Shown piece by piece: positions 12,021-25,299 of a stretch of DNA of 64,000 nucleotides. The position numbers and the translations under genes are program-made. Under the pieces are notes generated by a model. It did not search any database, had not been told where the DNA came from, and worked only from the letters and a program-made list of their open reading frames with translations. Every line of letters begins with the position of its first letter. Within the stretch, counting starts at the first letter, position 1. The DNA comes from Octopus bimaculoides (lineage: Eukaryota), in NCBI RefSeq assembly GCF_001194135.2, contig NC_068992.1:52146226-52210225 (forward strand), read 5' to 3'.

Positions 12021-12262
12021 TGTGTGTATGTATGTATATATCTATGTTTGTCTGTCTTTGTGCATGTGGTTACCTCCTTGCCATCACTGCTTGACAACTG
12101 GTGTTGGTATGTTTATGTCCCCGTAACTTAAGTTTGGCAAAAGAGACTGATAGGATAAGTACTAGGTTTAAGAAATAAGACCTGGGGTCGATTTGTTCAA
12201 ATGGAATCCCTTCAAGGCAGTGCTGCAGCATGGCTACAGTCAAACAATTGAAAAAATTAAGA
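11852..12262 (+). mobile_element. SINE family A with internal (CA)n(TA)n
   Basis: ggttcagtctcactgtgtggcaccttggc...gaaactgaaagaagcc, microsatellite, cttgacaactggtgttgg...cagcatggctacagtcaa. Confidence 0.85.
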
Positions 12263-14691
12263 GAAAAAATGAAATTATACAAGAGGCAAATGAAACAATA
12301 TTCTACAAAATTAAAAACAGGTCAATCTGTGACATGGAAGGTTGAAAAAATACTACTATGATATTTCAGCTTCTAGAGTATTGTGTACAATACTAAAATA
12401 CAAATCACATTATACTGCATACACCATTCCAATTAACATTAAGAGATATACTGATTTCCAAACACTGTTTCTCATATTATGTTTAATAACACACCATATT
12501 TGCCTTCGTTGAAAACCCATTTCTTGGTGAACAAAATATACAATTTATCACTAAGCTTGCAAATATCTTTATAAAGAGAATATTTCTTAAATGCTTGACA
12601 TCAAAAGAATATTTTGAACGAAGACTTTTTTTTTTTCTGTAGTTTATTTGACACGATATTCCTATCTTGAAACCTTAATAAGCTATGTAACAGTTTGTAT
12701 GCTATCATATTAAATTCAATATTAGATACATATGAGATGAAATAATCAATAATTCATATCTTCACTGCATAATACCTGCTCCTAATATTGTCTTATCTAT
12801 ATTGTGTTATTGGTGTAAATTCTTCTTTACTTGAAGACAAAAAAATTATCCTATAAAGCAACACATTCATTGTCAGTTAACTTCTAAACGCCTTCTGATT
12901 GAAGAAAATCAGTGAGATATCTTCAAAAATCTTATATGGTAATTTGTGAATTCTAGGAAATCGTTTCCAAGACAGGATTTTGAGGATTTTCTTGGAGGAG
13001 ATATCTCCATAAAAGTTTGTGCAAATGTGAAAACAAACAAACTATTTCCTTTATAATGTTCAACGGTTATCCTACTCGTTAGAATCTTTATGGCTTAATG
13101 ATCACATGTAGGAAGCTGTTAGTGATACTCTTCTTTGTCATCTCCAACACTCTTATGTAAAACACAAATGTTTTGGAAAAACCACTTTGAATTATCTTTC
13201 AAAGTAATATTAGCATATACTTTTTTATTATCTCTTTTCATTCAAATACTATACACAAGAGCCTCATTAGCTATATCTGGCAATAACAGTTATGTGTGAC
13301 GATGCAAGCTATGATGAGGAAGTAACCACAGTCACTTTTTGTAGAAATGCACTGCTGAAGTCGTTTTTAATAATTTATAACTAAATGTGGTTCACATGTG
13401 ATCAGCTTTGAGTGAATTTTCTAGTTCATTTCCAACAAATATATATAACATTTGTGAACAAGATCCCTCCTGCATTGTTACCAGGCAACAACGCCTGCTC
13501 TCTCAAAGTGAATGGCAATTAATACAATTTCTCTTGTGTTGGTACTATGATATGTACCCAGTATAGATAGCTGTAAAAGGTTAGCAGACTAAGCAGAGCA
13601 TACAAAGAGCTCTTAGGGTCGTCTATTCAGCATCTCTGGAATTGTGCCCTGAAGTATCAACCTGGTACACATTGTAACGTAGATGATGATAGGAAGGATA
13701 TCCAGCCATATAATTAAAATAAAAGAAAATATGAGCATCAGATTATGAAAATAGAACTCCTAACAATGATTACTCAGATGCATGGCTCAGTCAAAGCTAT
13801 GCAAAGCTGGAAAGTTCATGTAAAAATTATGATGATGACAATGATGAAACCGATCATGATGATGAGAGGATCATTATGACACTGGTGAGGATGATAACGC
13901 CTTGGGTATGCTTGCAGCAACCTCATGCAGATGCATCTTAGCTTAATTTGTTCTTTCTGCCAATGAAGAATTGTATATCGAAACAAGATGTTTACAACTG
14001 TTTATGATTACATACAGTTTTGATTAAAATCTGTAGATGTATTCTGTAATAATAAATAATAGTAAATAATTAGTTTATGCTATAACTAGGCTTTGATGGA
14101 GAAGATAATTGAGAGGAAATGTCTAGTTTTGAAATAATTATTCCTTAATGCAATAGTCTAATAAATCATTAATTGCATGCTTTTGAAATTAATGAATACT
14201 TAAGAATACTATAGTTAATTTGTAGAATATTCACTTTTACCAACTTATGTAAAGATATACAAAGATTATATTGCATTAGAATGCTGTGTTATTGTGATCC
14301 ATAATCGAATTACATATTTTATTTCGAAACTTTCAACTACAATGTTATATTTAGAAAGATATTAATAAATACACATCTATAAATTATAAATATTATCTTG
14401 AATCAATTAACTTTGCAAAAAATACAAAATTAATGGTAACTAACGAAAACTTACAAATTGTTTGGAAAACTTTTCATTACTTTATAATATTCTACTTAAA
14501 AAATAAGAAAACGTCTTTGACATTTCTCAACACAATCATAACATATTTTACATTCATTATTCTTTTCAGAACATTCATTTCACCATAAATGTACAGTAAA
14601 TATTGCAAATACTTTAATGTATAAGTTAGAAACTGAAGTCAAATTCATTTGTTATTTTACATCTGCTTTTTCCATTCAGTATGGGTTAAAT

Positions 14692-15030
14692 CAGTGGTTC
14701 TCAAATGGAGTCCATATGGCCCCTGAGGGTCCATATTAGATTTTTGGGGGTCTATGTACCAAAATCATAAATCGGGGATCCACAATAGAATTTTAAAGGC
14801 CTCTGAAAAACATTTGTTTTAGATTTATGTATGGCAAGAAACAGCTAGGTTTCTTTCTCTAAGATTTTATGTAGTTCAACCTACCCAAGTTAATGTGTGA
14901 AAAACAAAACAAGAAATTTTAAAGAAGTTTCTATAAGACAAATCTTTAAGCCTCGAATGGCCATGGGGGTCCACCAGAATAAAATAGTAATCAAAGGGGT
15001 CCAATGATAAAAAACGGTTGAGAACCTCTG
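14692..15030. mobile_element. hAT (Charlie/Buster-type) MITE, copy 2
   Basis: Termini CAGTGGTTCTCAA...TTGAGAACCTCTG with a perfect 8-bp TSD GGTTAAAT (14684-14691, 15031-15038). Confidence 0.9.
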
Positions 15031-15739
15031 GGTTAAATGAATATTTCATATGGGAGACATTGTTTTACGGCTGGATGCTCTTCATGATGTGAAGCCCTTA
15101 CTGGTTTTCCCAGTAAGGAATTCCTTGATTCGATGATACAGCTGCAATGACACAAAGTACCCGATCAAACTGTTGACAGGAAAATCAGAGATCAGTATAC
15201 ATGCAACACTTTTGTACAAGAGATTGAAGATGTAAACAAACTCACAGACATACATACAAGCACATATATGTATTTGTCTTTGTATATGAGTGAGTACTTC
15301 ATTGATTCAACATCATATGACAGTTCTAAAAGCATGTCACTGTCATACAACTGGTACCATTCATTTTAAGTCTTCTTTGAAAACATATCCATTCATGGGG
15401 AAATATTAACATGCTTGGAAATAAGGGTAAGTTATCATGGGGAAAGGCATCTGGTCATAGAGTATCAGCCTGAAAGAAAAATTCCATTTAACCCATTTAA
15501 GGATACAAGAGTGGACAATGATAACAAATTGAAGATGATGATGATGACATAAGTTATATATAGGCAAATACAGAATAAAATTACACAACCTAATGGATTT
15601 TATACAGATCCTTCCTTGTCTGAATTTCAGACAATACAATATACTATAATATACTACGATTTTAAAACTAATTCCTAATAAATCAAACATTCTATTAAGG
15701 AGAAATAACTAATTTCTTTTGAATTGTATGCATACACAA

Positions 15740-15784
15740 ACTTCCATCCTTAATATATGCACACATATGCATACATACATAAAT

Positions 15785-15820
<36 letters not shown>

Positions 15821-15976
15821 CGATATATATACATATCTATATACATAGATGTATTTGTGTGTGTGTGTGTGTGTATGTGTATTTGCATATCAATATGTAT
15901 AACTATATCTTGTTCTGCATTTATATCAATATCAATATTATATGTGTCTGTGTGTGTATGTATATATATGTATATA

Positions 15977-16042
<66 letters not shown>

Positions 16043-16200
16043 NNNNNNNNNNNNNNNNNNNNNNNNNNNNNNNNNNNNNNNNNNNNNNNNNNNNNNNNNN
16101 NNNNNNNNTATATATATGTCTATCTCTGTGTGTGTGTTTGTGTGTGTGTGTCTGTATGTGTATGTGTGTGTGTGTGTGTGTGTGCGTGTGTGTGCATGTG
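15740..16200. repeat. Compound (CA)/(TA)/(TG) microsatellite spanning gap 16043-16108
   Basis: Directly visible. Source of the ORFs at 15709-16237. Confidence 0.95.
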
Positions 16201-16728
16201 AATGTATGGACGAATGTATATGATTAAAATCAACCAATTATTATATTTTACATTCGCATTCATGCAGCATGTTTGTGTGACTGAAATAGATGTTTGTATT
16301 TTAACAATTACACATACCTATTTAAGTGTTTAATGGGTTTGCATTTATTGTATCAATTACTCATGTAACAATACCAACTGCAGTCAGTTCTTTATTAAAA
16401 CATATTTTGGGTTTATTTTATGTTCCTTCTTTGACAGAATGTCATCTAGCCATAATTCCTGTTAGCAATATCTAAATGGATGTCTTTTATCTTTCTTCAA
16501 TACAGCCACATCTTATCACACATCACTACTTTCTACTTATGGTGAAATAGTGAATTTTAATCACATTTGGAGATTAAACAACTTTATATATTTGGTTATT
16601 ATAGAATTTTCTTTCTTTTCTCATTTTGTTTATTGTTTTGCTCTCTCTATATTTTTATGTTCATAGTTATTTGTATGTTTTTGGTTTTTAGAGTAATTCC
16701 TATTATTGTAGCTTTGGATTGTTATATA

Positions 16729-16794
<66 letters not shown>

Positions 16795-19700
16795 ATGCAT
16801 ATATGTACATATAGACATATATGTGCATATATACACACATATATACAAACTCTTCTGCAGAGACACACACATGCATAGGCTTTTGTTAGAAAATGATTTC
16901 TTTGATAACGTCGTGAACATTTTTATTTCTATTGCTATTTGTAAACATATTGTACATTGTACTCTATGGATAGAAAAGAAATGAGAAAAAAAGAAAAGAC
17001 AATTTCAAGATCGATGTTTCAATTTTCCTCAAACCTAAAGCTATCTCCATTAAGTACCATCTGAGAGAAATTTCCATCTTGTTTACTCTTCTCACTACTT
17101 GAATTTATTCTTTAACATCATAAAACCCTGAGTCATCACAAAATATTTTGCTGAGTTCTCTTCCAGGTAAATTGATTTTTACACTTCAAATCCTGAGATA
17201 AAGCAAAATTTTAAACATTCTTTTAAGACAATAATTTCAACCTAATATTATACATTTCATATAAAGAAGAACAAATCCATTTTGGTGATAATAATGGCCA
17301 CTTATAATTCCTGCATATTTTTGCGATTTTATACCAGGTGTCTTTCCTTCTCTGACATTTTTCTATATTTTGAATATTGAAAATTTGCACCATGTAATTT
17401 CATTTCCTCATATAGAGGCCACATGCTGTTAATCTTCCACAATCTTTTTCAAGTTTGGGAAATTTTATTGCATGCAAAACCTTTTCTAATTTAGAATTGT
17501 GAATATCAACTATGATTGGATCAATATTTTGCTTATTGCAATATCATGGTTGTTTTTTTTTTTGTTTTTTTTAGTTTCCTTGATGTATTTTAGGGCTGGC
17601 TACCTTCTGGAATTATAGTCCATGCGCTGATAAGATTTCAGCAAATCATTCCAAGATAGCTGAAATATAAATCTGAAGGCCTTTTGAAGAACTAAAAGCA
17701 TTATTTTGAATATTCATGTTATGAAATTACTTTAGCATATTGTTGAATCTTTATTGAAACTGTTATAAAATTTTATTTGATTGTGATAAAAAAATTTCTT
17801 TAGGTGCATGTGAAGAGTTAGAGTTACTAAGCACTTGTATTCATGTCTAGATCTAAAAATTCCAATTGAGCAAACATTCATTATGGAATTTACCATTTAG
17901 ATTTTATTCCAAATATTAGTTTATTTTATACATACATTATTCATGGAAAAGATAGAAAATAAGTTAATTTTAGAAATGAAAAACGATAATGTAGTAAACA
18001 CCGGCAAGTAAATATTAGTTAAATCAGAATTTGTAGATCTAGTTAACATGAAGCAACATTAAAACTCTGTAGTAAAATAAGATAGAAATATGTAGTGACC
18101 AACATTGTTTAAAAGCTGTTTTCTTTTCTTCAGTCATCTACATTAAACCAGGTTGTGTTCCATCATCTTATTCCAAAGTCTTTTAGTCTTGTGCTGTTGC
18201 AGTGGTTTTCTTTATTTTGTTTTTGCATTTACATTGGCAAAAGATTTATATTCTACCGTTTATGAAGTTTTCAAGATTATTAGAAGACTATATTAGCAAT
18301 ATGATGCCAAGATTTAGTACAAGTGAATGAAGACTCGGCTTAATTTGCTATTAGTGATAGCTTTGCAAATCTTATTTATTACATATGATCAGTGACTACA
18401 TTTATTTAAATTACAGTATCACATCTTTTTTTTTTACTTCAAATATTTTTGTTATCATTTTTAGTACATTGCTTTATATTCGTGTATTCAATTTTTCTCC
18501 ACTCTTTCAAAAAACCAACTTAGCCTGAAATCTTATTAAACCATCTTAAGAAACAGTAATAAAAAATGTTTACAAAGAGGTAAATATTTTATATTTTCTA
18601 GTTCTTTTATTTCTGGCTAGAAGACACAATTTATGTAACAAACAGAAGAGAAAACTACTGAACTCAAAATAAAATGGTATCAATATTTCTTCACTATGAT
18701 ATTATATTTAAGCAGTAAACCAATGGAAGTTAGGTTGAGAAAAATTATGCTTCACTGACTTTATGATTCAGTATTGTAGGGTCATTCTTTTCTGCAGTTT
18801 TATTCAATGTTTATATAAAGCATTTATATTTTCAAGAAAGCTATTTATTACTGAATAAATTTTCTACCTTTTTCCTCTTTTACAATACAGGTTTCTAGTT
18901 GTATATATCTGTGCTTTATGAACACTAAGAAAACACTGAATTCTCATGATATTGTCACTTAATACTGTTTTGTGTAGTGTAAAGGGATGATATTTTAATG
19001 TAGAAAATAATTGATTTAATATTTCTCATTATCTATTCTAAGTTGATTAAGGTTTTAAAATTAAAACTAAAAAAAACACATTCGAAATTACATCCCCCCC
19101 AAAAAAATCAAAATTAAATATAAAAACTGAAAGTATTCTAAGATACTTTTGTTTTTTTTTTAAATATATTTTATTTTAAGTCAGAGAAAGAATTTTCATT
19201 TATGACAGAAAAGAAAATTACTTTTGTTTCAGCAAAGAAACAAATAAAGGAAGTGATTTAAAAACATTTTAAAATTCAAATCGCTTTGTCATAATTCCCA
19301 GACTAGCAAAATGTCTGTGAGAAACATTGCACTGAATTCTAAGTTTATAAAGTACTGTTGCTGTTGTGTCATGATGTCATGAATTAAATCATGATAATAT
19401 TAACTTAAGACAACTTTTCCAAATAGATACTCATTTGCAGTGATTAAAATTGCAAGTCACTTTTACTTGTAAATATATTATCTATTTTTTTCAAGTTATC
19501 TGATCATTGCATGTTTGTACAAATTAGTTAACATGAAGGGATTAAGTTTCAGTAAACCTGCCCAATTAATTATCAATTTAATTAACTGAAACTAAAATAA
19601 TTTTCTTGAAATTAATTCCATTGCATTGACAAAGATAGAAGGAAAATCAGACCAATATCTCAGAAACTACAATCAAAATTTAAAATATTGTTAATGGAGA

Positions 19701-20454
19701 TTTTCATTACATGTCATTTAATCAACAAAGGAAATAACAAAAATATACGAAAGGAAATTTTAATAAAGACCATTTTGAAGATCAGCAATGTTAAAATAGT
19801 ATTAGCAAAGTAAAAATAATGCTAAGAAATAATCCAAAGTAAAGTAGAAGAGAAATGAATCAATTGGATGCAATAGACTTGCCAAAATGTAGCTACCATA
19901 GCAAACTTGCTGCAATTGTGGGATTTCATAATTTTATTTTAAATATGTGCATGAGCTCACACACTGATGTGCATGCATGTAAACGCCTATGCACACATGC
20001 ACCCACATGCAAATACACATATACATCTGTGATTAGCTTCCTATCGTTTTTGTCTGCCAAATTCTTTTACAGGGCATGTGTCAGCCTAGTGCTATAGAAT
20101 AAGACACTTGCTCAGGCAGCTGCACAATGGGACTGAACTCAAAACCTCATGGTTGTGAAGCACAATTATCTCTGAGCTTATTTATATGTGTGTATATGTG
20201 TGTGTGTATGTGTGAGTGTGTGTGTGTGTGTGTGTGTGTATGTGTTTGTGTGTGTGTATGTGTGTGTTTATGGAGATATATTATGTGAGTGGGCACCAGT
20301 GTTGCTCTACTATCGATTGATAATACTGGTTATTGTTCATGTGCTTAACTATTAATGGTTATGGTTGGTTAGTTTAACCATTCTTAGTATTTCCCACTTC
20401 TGAAAATCCAGTGATCCCCATTAATACACACACACTCACATATATATATATATA

Positions 20455-20575
20455 TATTCCAAAATGTAATCACTTGTGGACTGTTGGCGGCTTTTTTCAT
20501 CTGTCTTCCTTTTCTCTTACACTTTCCTCTGTTTTCTGTTTCTGAAGAAGAGCTTTGCTCGAAATGCAGGACATG
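20455..20575 (+). mobile_element. Penelope-like element terminal remnant with hammerhead-like motif
   Basis: Pyrimidine-rich segment ending TGTTT-CTGAAGA-A-GAGC-TTT-GCTC-GAAA-TGCA-GGACA, the layout of minimal hammerheads at Penelope-like element ends. No RT or GIY-YIG sequence seen. Confidence 0.5.
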
Positions 20576-20872
20576 GTACATGTAAAGTATTAATACTTTA
20601 CATGCACCATGTCCTCACATTGTTGTTTTTTCTTGTTCTTATTTTCTCCATTTTCCTATTAATTATATATACATATACATATATATATATATATATANNN
20701 NNNNNNNNNNNNNNNNNNNNNNNNNNNNNNNNNNNNNNNNNNNNNNNNNNNNNNNNNNNNNNNNNNNNNNNNNNNNNNNNNNNNNNNNNNNNNNNNNNNN
20801 NNNNNNNNNNNNNNNNNNNNNNNNNNNNNNNNNNNNNNNNNNNNNNNNNNTACACATATATATATATACATA

Positions 20873-20914
<42 letters not shown>

Positions 20915-21425
20915 AAAGATGAAAGGGAGGGTCTAAAGGGTCAATACGAATTGTGTGAGAACTGCAATGCTGTATGGGAGTGAGACATGGTGTCTGAAGG
21001 AGAGAAAGATGATAATTTTGAGAAAGACTGAGAGAGCTATGGTGAGAGAAATCTATGGTGTGAAGCTGTTTGATGGGAATGCTGAGATTGGAGGAATCGG
21101 TGGGATGGTTGCCAAGAGCGAATGGAGTGAGGTGGTATGGGCATGTGTCGAGGAGGGATGAAGAACATGTTCTGAGGACGGTGACTGCATTTGAGGTAAA
21201 TGGAGCACGAAAGTGAGGTAGACCTGGGAAAATGTGGAGGGGACAGGTGGAGGAGGAAATTGGGAAGGTTAGTTTGAAAAAGGAGGGCGCCCAAAACCGA
21301 GCAAGATGGTGAGATGGTGTGAGGGCAGCTGCTATGAAATTGAGGTAGATCCAGTCTCCCCTGTTAACAGGGACAAAACCAGGATTTAAAACACTGGATC
21401 ATGATGATGATGATGATGGTGATGA
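20915..21425 (+). mobile_element. RTE-clade LINE, 5'-truncated 3' end with (GAT)n tail
   Basis: CVRTAMLYGSETWCLKERKMIILRKTERAMVREIYGVKLFD, then frameshifted RW.GHV.RR and GRP..W blocks. Ends taaaacactggatc(ATG)n. Sits between (TA)n tracts. Confidence 0.85.
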
Positions 21426-21706
21426 TATATACACACGCACACACACACACACACACACACACTTATATAGATATTCATATATATATATATATATATATAT
21501 ANNNNNNNNNNNNNNNNNNNNNNNNNNNNNNNNNNNNNNNNNNNNNNNNNNNNNNNNNNNNNNNNNNNNNNNNNNNNNNNNNNNNNNNNNNNNNNNNNNN
21601 NNNNNNNNNNNNNNNNNNNNNNNNNNNNNNNNNNNNNNNNNNNNNNNNNNNNNNNNNNNNNNNNNNNNNNNNNNNNNNNNNNNNNNNNNNNNNNNNNNNN
21701 NNNNNN

Positions 21707-21737
<31 letters not shown>

Positions 21738-23374
21738 TCTCTTTCTCTCTCCCTCTCTCTTTCATTCACATGCTGCCAACAGAAATAAATTTGAAAACAA
21801 AATTTTCTGAACAGAACCAAATTTTGGGCTTCTCAAACAGCAATTTGTTGTGTTTATTTTAACCATTTTTATATGAGTGGAGCGATTAAGTGGTTCTGAT
21901 GTACTTGTAAATGAACTTTTGTTACATCTTGATTAGTTTTGAGAACAATTATTGTTTTTGATTGTAAGAAGCAAGAGAAGTAATGGCAGTCGTCCTCAGC
22001 TTTTATCACAGGAAATGATTATGTTTAGCAACACTTTTTGAATGGCTGAAACTAGACAAACTGACATGCTGAAGCTGCACATTGAAGACTACAGGATGTG
22101 CTTCATATTTGACATTCTACAATTTAGAGATTTATTGATATTTTAAAATAAATTTCAATCAAGCAATCTTCGTAATGAGTGGCTCATTAAGGGATAACAT
22201 TTTGCAGTTAAATTACAAATATGCAAAAAAGCAGATACATGGATCCAATCAGAACATTTACAAGCCAAAATTTTGTTAAAGAATTAGCAGTAACTTTTCG
22301 TTATTTGCTTTTGTAACCTTATTTACTTTTTTTTTTTTATACCAGTAAAGTACTATCAATTTTTTTTGTCCAAATATTTTTGATTGGAAATGTATTTCTT
22401 CCATTTTATGATAAATTATTTTATTCATTGTGTCTGCTATTAGTTGACTTCATTAAATTAGACTATGTCAAGTAAACTATGGCAAATTGTTTTAAACTCA
22501 GATGGGAGTTCCTTAGTCAAAGCAATAATTACAATCATTTAGGAACCTTTTTTGTACACATGAGTTTAAAATTATACAGTAAATGTAATCATTCACCATT
22601 TACTTCAACAACACTCATTTTGAAGCATTTTTTTTTTCATATTTATGGGTCTTTATCATAAGCAAGTTGTTAGAAACATAATTCAAAATATATTGCTGAT
22701 AAATATAATGCTTGACTTTATCCCAGAACATAGATTAATGAAAAGAATACTTTCTAATTATATTGACAGTGCATTTGTTTATACTACACTGTTCAGAGAG
22801 TGCTAATACTGTTATGTGATCCACAAACATCTGAAGATACAATAAATTCACTCAGACTTGAACATATATGAAAGTTACTTTCAAGGGAACAATTAAATGA
22901 ACTTGATGAGAAATGGATTTTACTTTTGGCATCTGTGAATAATTGCTAATACCAAGGGTATAAGACGAAAGTTTTTTGGTGTTACATCTTTTAATATATT
23001 CTGCTGGTTTCATTCAAGCTAGGGAAATTCAACACAGTTAATATGTGTTTAGTTTTAAAGTGTAAAACTTGAACATAGTATTGACAATCTACAGCTTACT
23101 TTGAACCACATAGACATGGCCTGGACAATAATTGTACTTGCATGTAAAACTACAATTACTAATAGTTGGTGAACTTCCAGAGTTAAGTATTGTTGCATAT
23201 TGTAGTTTGTAGTTTCATACATTTATCCTAAATCTATCCACAGAGGAAAAATCCAGAAATCTTACATTTTTATATCATTAAAAATTATTATTTATATTGA
23301 AATAATAAGAATAATAACCATGAGATTATTGTGCAATGTTCAGATGCACTACGACATATACAAGTACATATACA

Positions 23375-23537
23375 GGCGCAGGAGTGGCTGTGTGGTAAGT
23401 AGCTTGCTTACCAACCACATAGTTCCGGGTTCAGTCACACTGTGTGGCACCTTGGGCAAGTGTCTTCTACTATAGCCTTGGGCCGACCAAAGCCTTCTGA
23501 GTGGATTGGGTAGACGGAAACTGAAAGAAGCCCATCG

Positions 23538-23582
<45 letters not shown>

Positions 23583-23805
23583 ATGTGTGTGTTTGTGTGT
23601 CTATGTTTGTCCCCCCCCCCCCAACATCGCTTGACAACAGATGCTGGTGTGTTTACGTCACTGTAACTTAGCAGTTTGGCAAAAGAGACCAATAGAATAA
23701 GTACTAGGCTTTCCAAAGAATAAGTCCTGGGGTCGATTTGCTCGACTAAAGGTGGCGCTGCAGCATGGCCGCAGTCAAATGACTGAAACAAGTTAAAGAG
23801 TAAAG
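23375..23805 (+). mobile_element. SINE family A, well-preserved full-length copy
   Basis: GGCGCAGGAGTGGCTGTGTGG (A box), GGTTCAGTC (B box), CCTTGGGCAAGTGTCTT (CORE-like), internal (TA)n(TG)n, 3' half ending GACTGAAACAAGTTAAAGAG. Confidence 0.9.
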
Positions 23806-24525
23806 GGTATATGTTTTAAATTTCTAATTTGAATATAAATAGCTAAATAACTGAAACCCTTGAAGTGTATCAATAATTCTTGAAAGTTGAAGTATTTTCT
23901 GGTTTTGAAGTGAAATTCCAGTGGTTAAGTTATGTTAAGGATGTACTTTTCACCAGGACAGACCATTAGTGATAAAGGGACCCAATATCTGAAGTGATCT
24001 TGAGGAGTTTAACTGCATGCTGCTCATATTTCAGAAAGTGTCATGCAATGATGTATCATTGTATGTGTAGCTCTAATGTTTTGTTGCCATTGGATGAAAT
24101 GCCATAGGTACATCCTCACTGAGGGATGTTTTTGATGTCTCTGTTTATGGAATTAGTGTAGAGTCGCATGTATTGTCTAGACCGCCTGGAGATGGTGCAT
24201 GTTTGGGAAAGGTAAGGATAAAATGAAGGCTTGAATCATTATCTTTGTAAGATCGAGTGTTGTTCGACATGATGATAAATAAGTTATTTATGTTCTGAAG
24301 GAAAAGACTGTGGAAAGAATTAAACCCTGAAGCATAGCAGAACTGATAGGAAAAGGAGCAGAAAGAGCTTCTTCAATGCATACTGTCATACCATAAGCTA
24401 ATACCGTCTGAGAAGAACATACCTATCCAAGACACAAGAAATGAGTGGAGCCTTTTGGGGGGCAGTTTTGATAAAAAAATATATATGATATATGATATCT
24501 ACCAGCATCTACTTCTCATCCCCAC

Positions 24526-24551
24526 CTCTCTCTCTCTCACTCTCACTCACT

Positions 24552-24635
<84 letters not shown>

Positions 24636-24641
24636 CTCTCT
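24526..24641. repeat. (CT)n microsatellite
   Basis: Directly visible. Confidence 0.95.
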
Positions 24642-24879
24642 GCTCTTTTTTCTATCAAGATCTCTTCTCTACTGCTTCCTTGCCTCCTCAATACCTCATC
24701 ACCCTTATTTTTCATCCTCTGATCTTCCTATATGACTCTGCCAGACCTCTCTTTCTGTCAATGTCTCACCCGGGATTTCTCTCCACCCTAATCTATTGTT
24801 CCCATCTTGTCCTCTTTCTCTCAAAACCACTGACCATACTTGGCCCTTGTAATTTTAGAAAGCCCTAGAAACTTTCTCG

Positions 24880-25200
24880 CACACAGTGCTCCCTTTCACA
24901 TTTTCAAGCCCTCTCAGGAGCCACGAGGCAGGCATCATCGGGCGTCGCCATTCCCATTGCAGTAGCGCATCCACCTCCTGGTCGTTTTGGCCTGCACGGT
25001 TCCTCCGAGGGTGCTCTTCACCGAGTGTCCGAAGCGGCCAGTATGTTCACATTTTCAAACCCCTCTCTTTTTCTCAACCTCATCACTAATCTTTCCCTCT
25101 CCTCTGTTCCCTGTTGTACTTGACCATCCTCCCTTCTATTTACTATTTTTTCATATTGCCATCTGGGACCATTGTCCACTCTTTTTTCTGTTTTTTTCTC
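24880..25200 (+). mobile_element. Possible Tx1/L1-clade LINE ORF2 C-terminal remnant
   Basis: GC-rich island. Frame VLFTECPKRPVCSHFQTPLFFSTSSLIF...FYLLFFHIAIW resembles the post-CCHC pattern H.F.EC..L.P.F..L...L.IF...LL..AK.AIW. Heavily decayed. Confidence 0.35.
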
Positions 25201-25299
25201 AGTTTTTGGGGCCAGTTTATGACATTAGTCGTGCAAAATACAAGCCCATCATCACCAGCCAGAAAAAAAAAAGCCTCCAGTACATTCTGTAATTTGGTT

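Noticed and set aside
15372-15426. Plus-strand exon FFENISIHGEILTCLEIR with an AGG|GTAAGT donor
   Set aside because: It lies within the SINE A alternative tail (homologous to 6000-6200), so the splice signals are repeat-derived.
23375-23450. tRNA genes at SINE heads (also 28658, 43977, 52569)
   Set aside because: A and B boxes are present, but I could not form a full cloverleaf with an acceptor stem. Each continues into a conserved SINE body.
24886-25290. Minus-strand LINE endonuclease reading (NVNILAASDTR...GGG)
   Set aside because: Only two short motifs match. The plus-strand Tx1-like reading fits better, though it is also weak.
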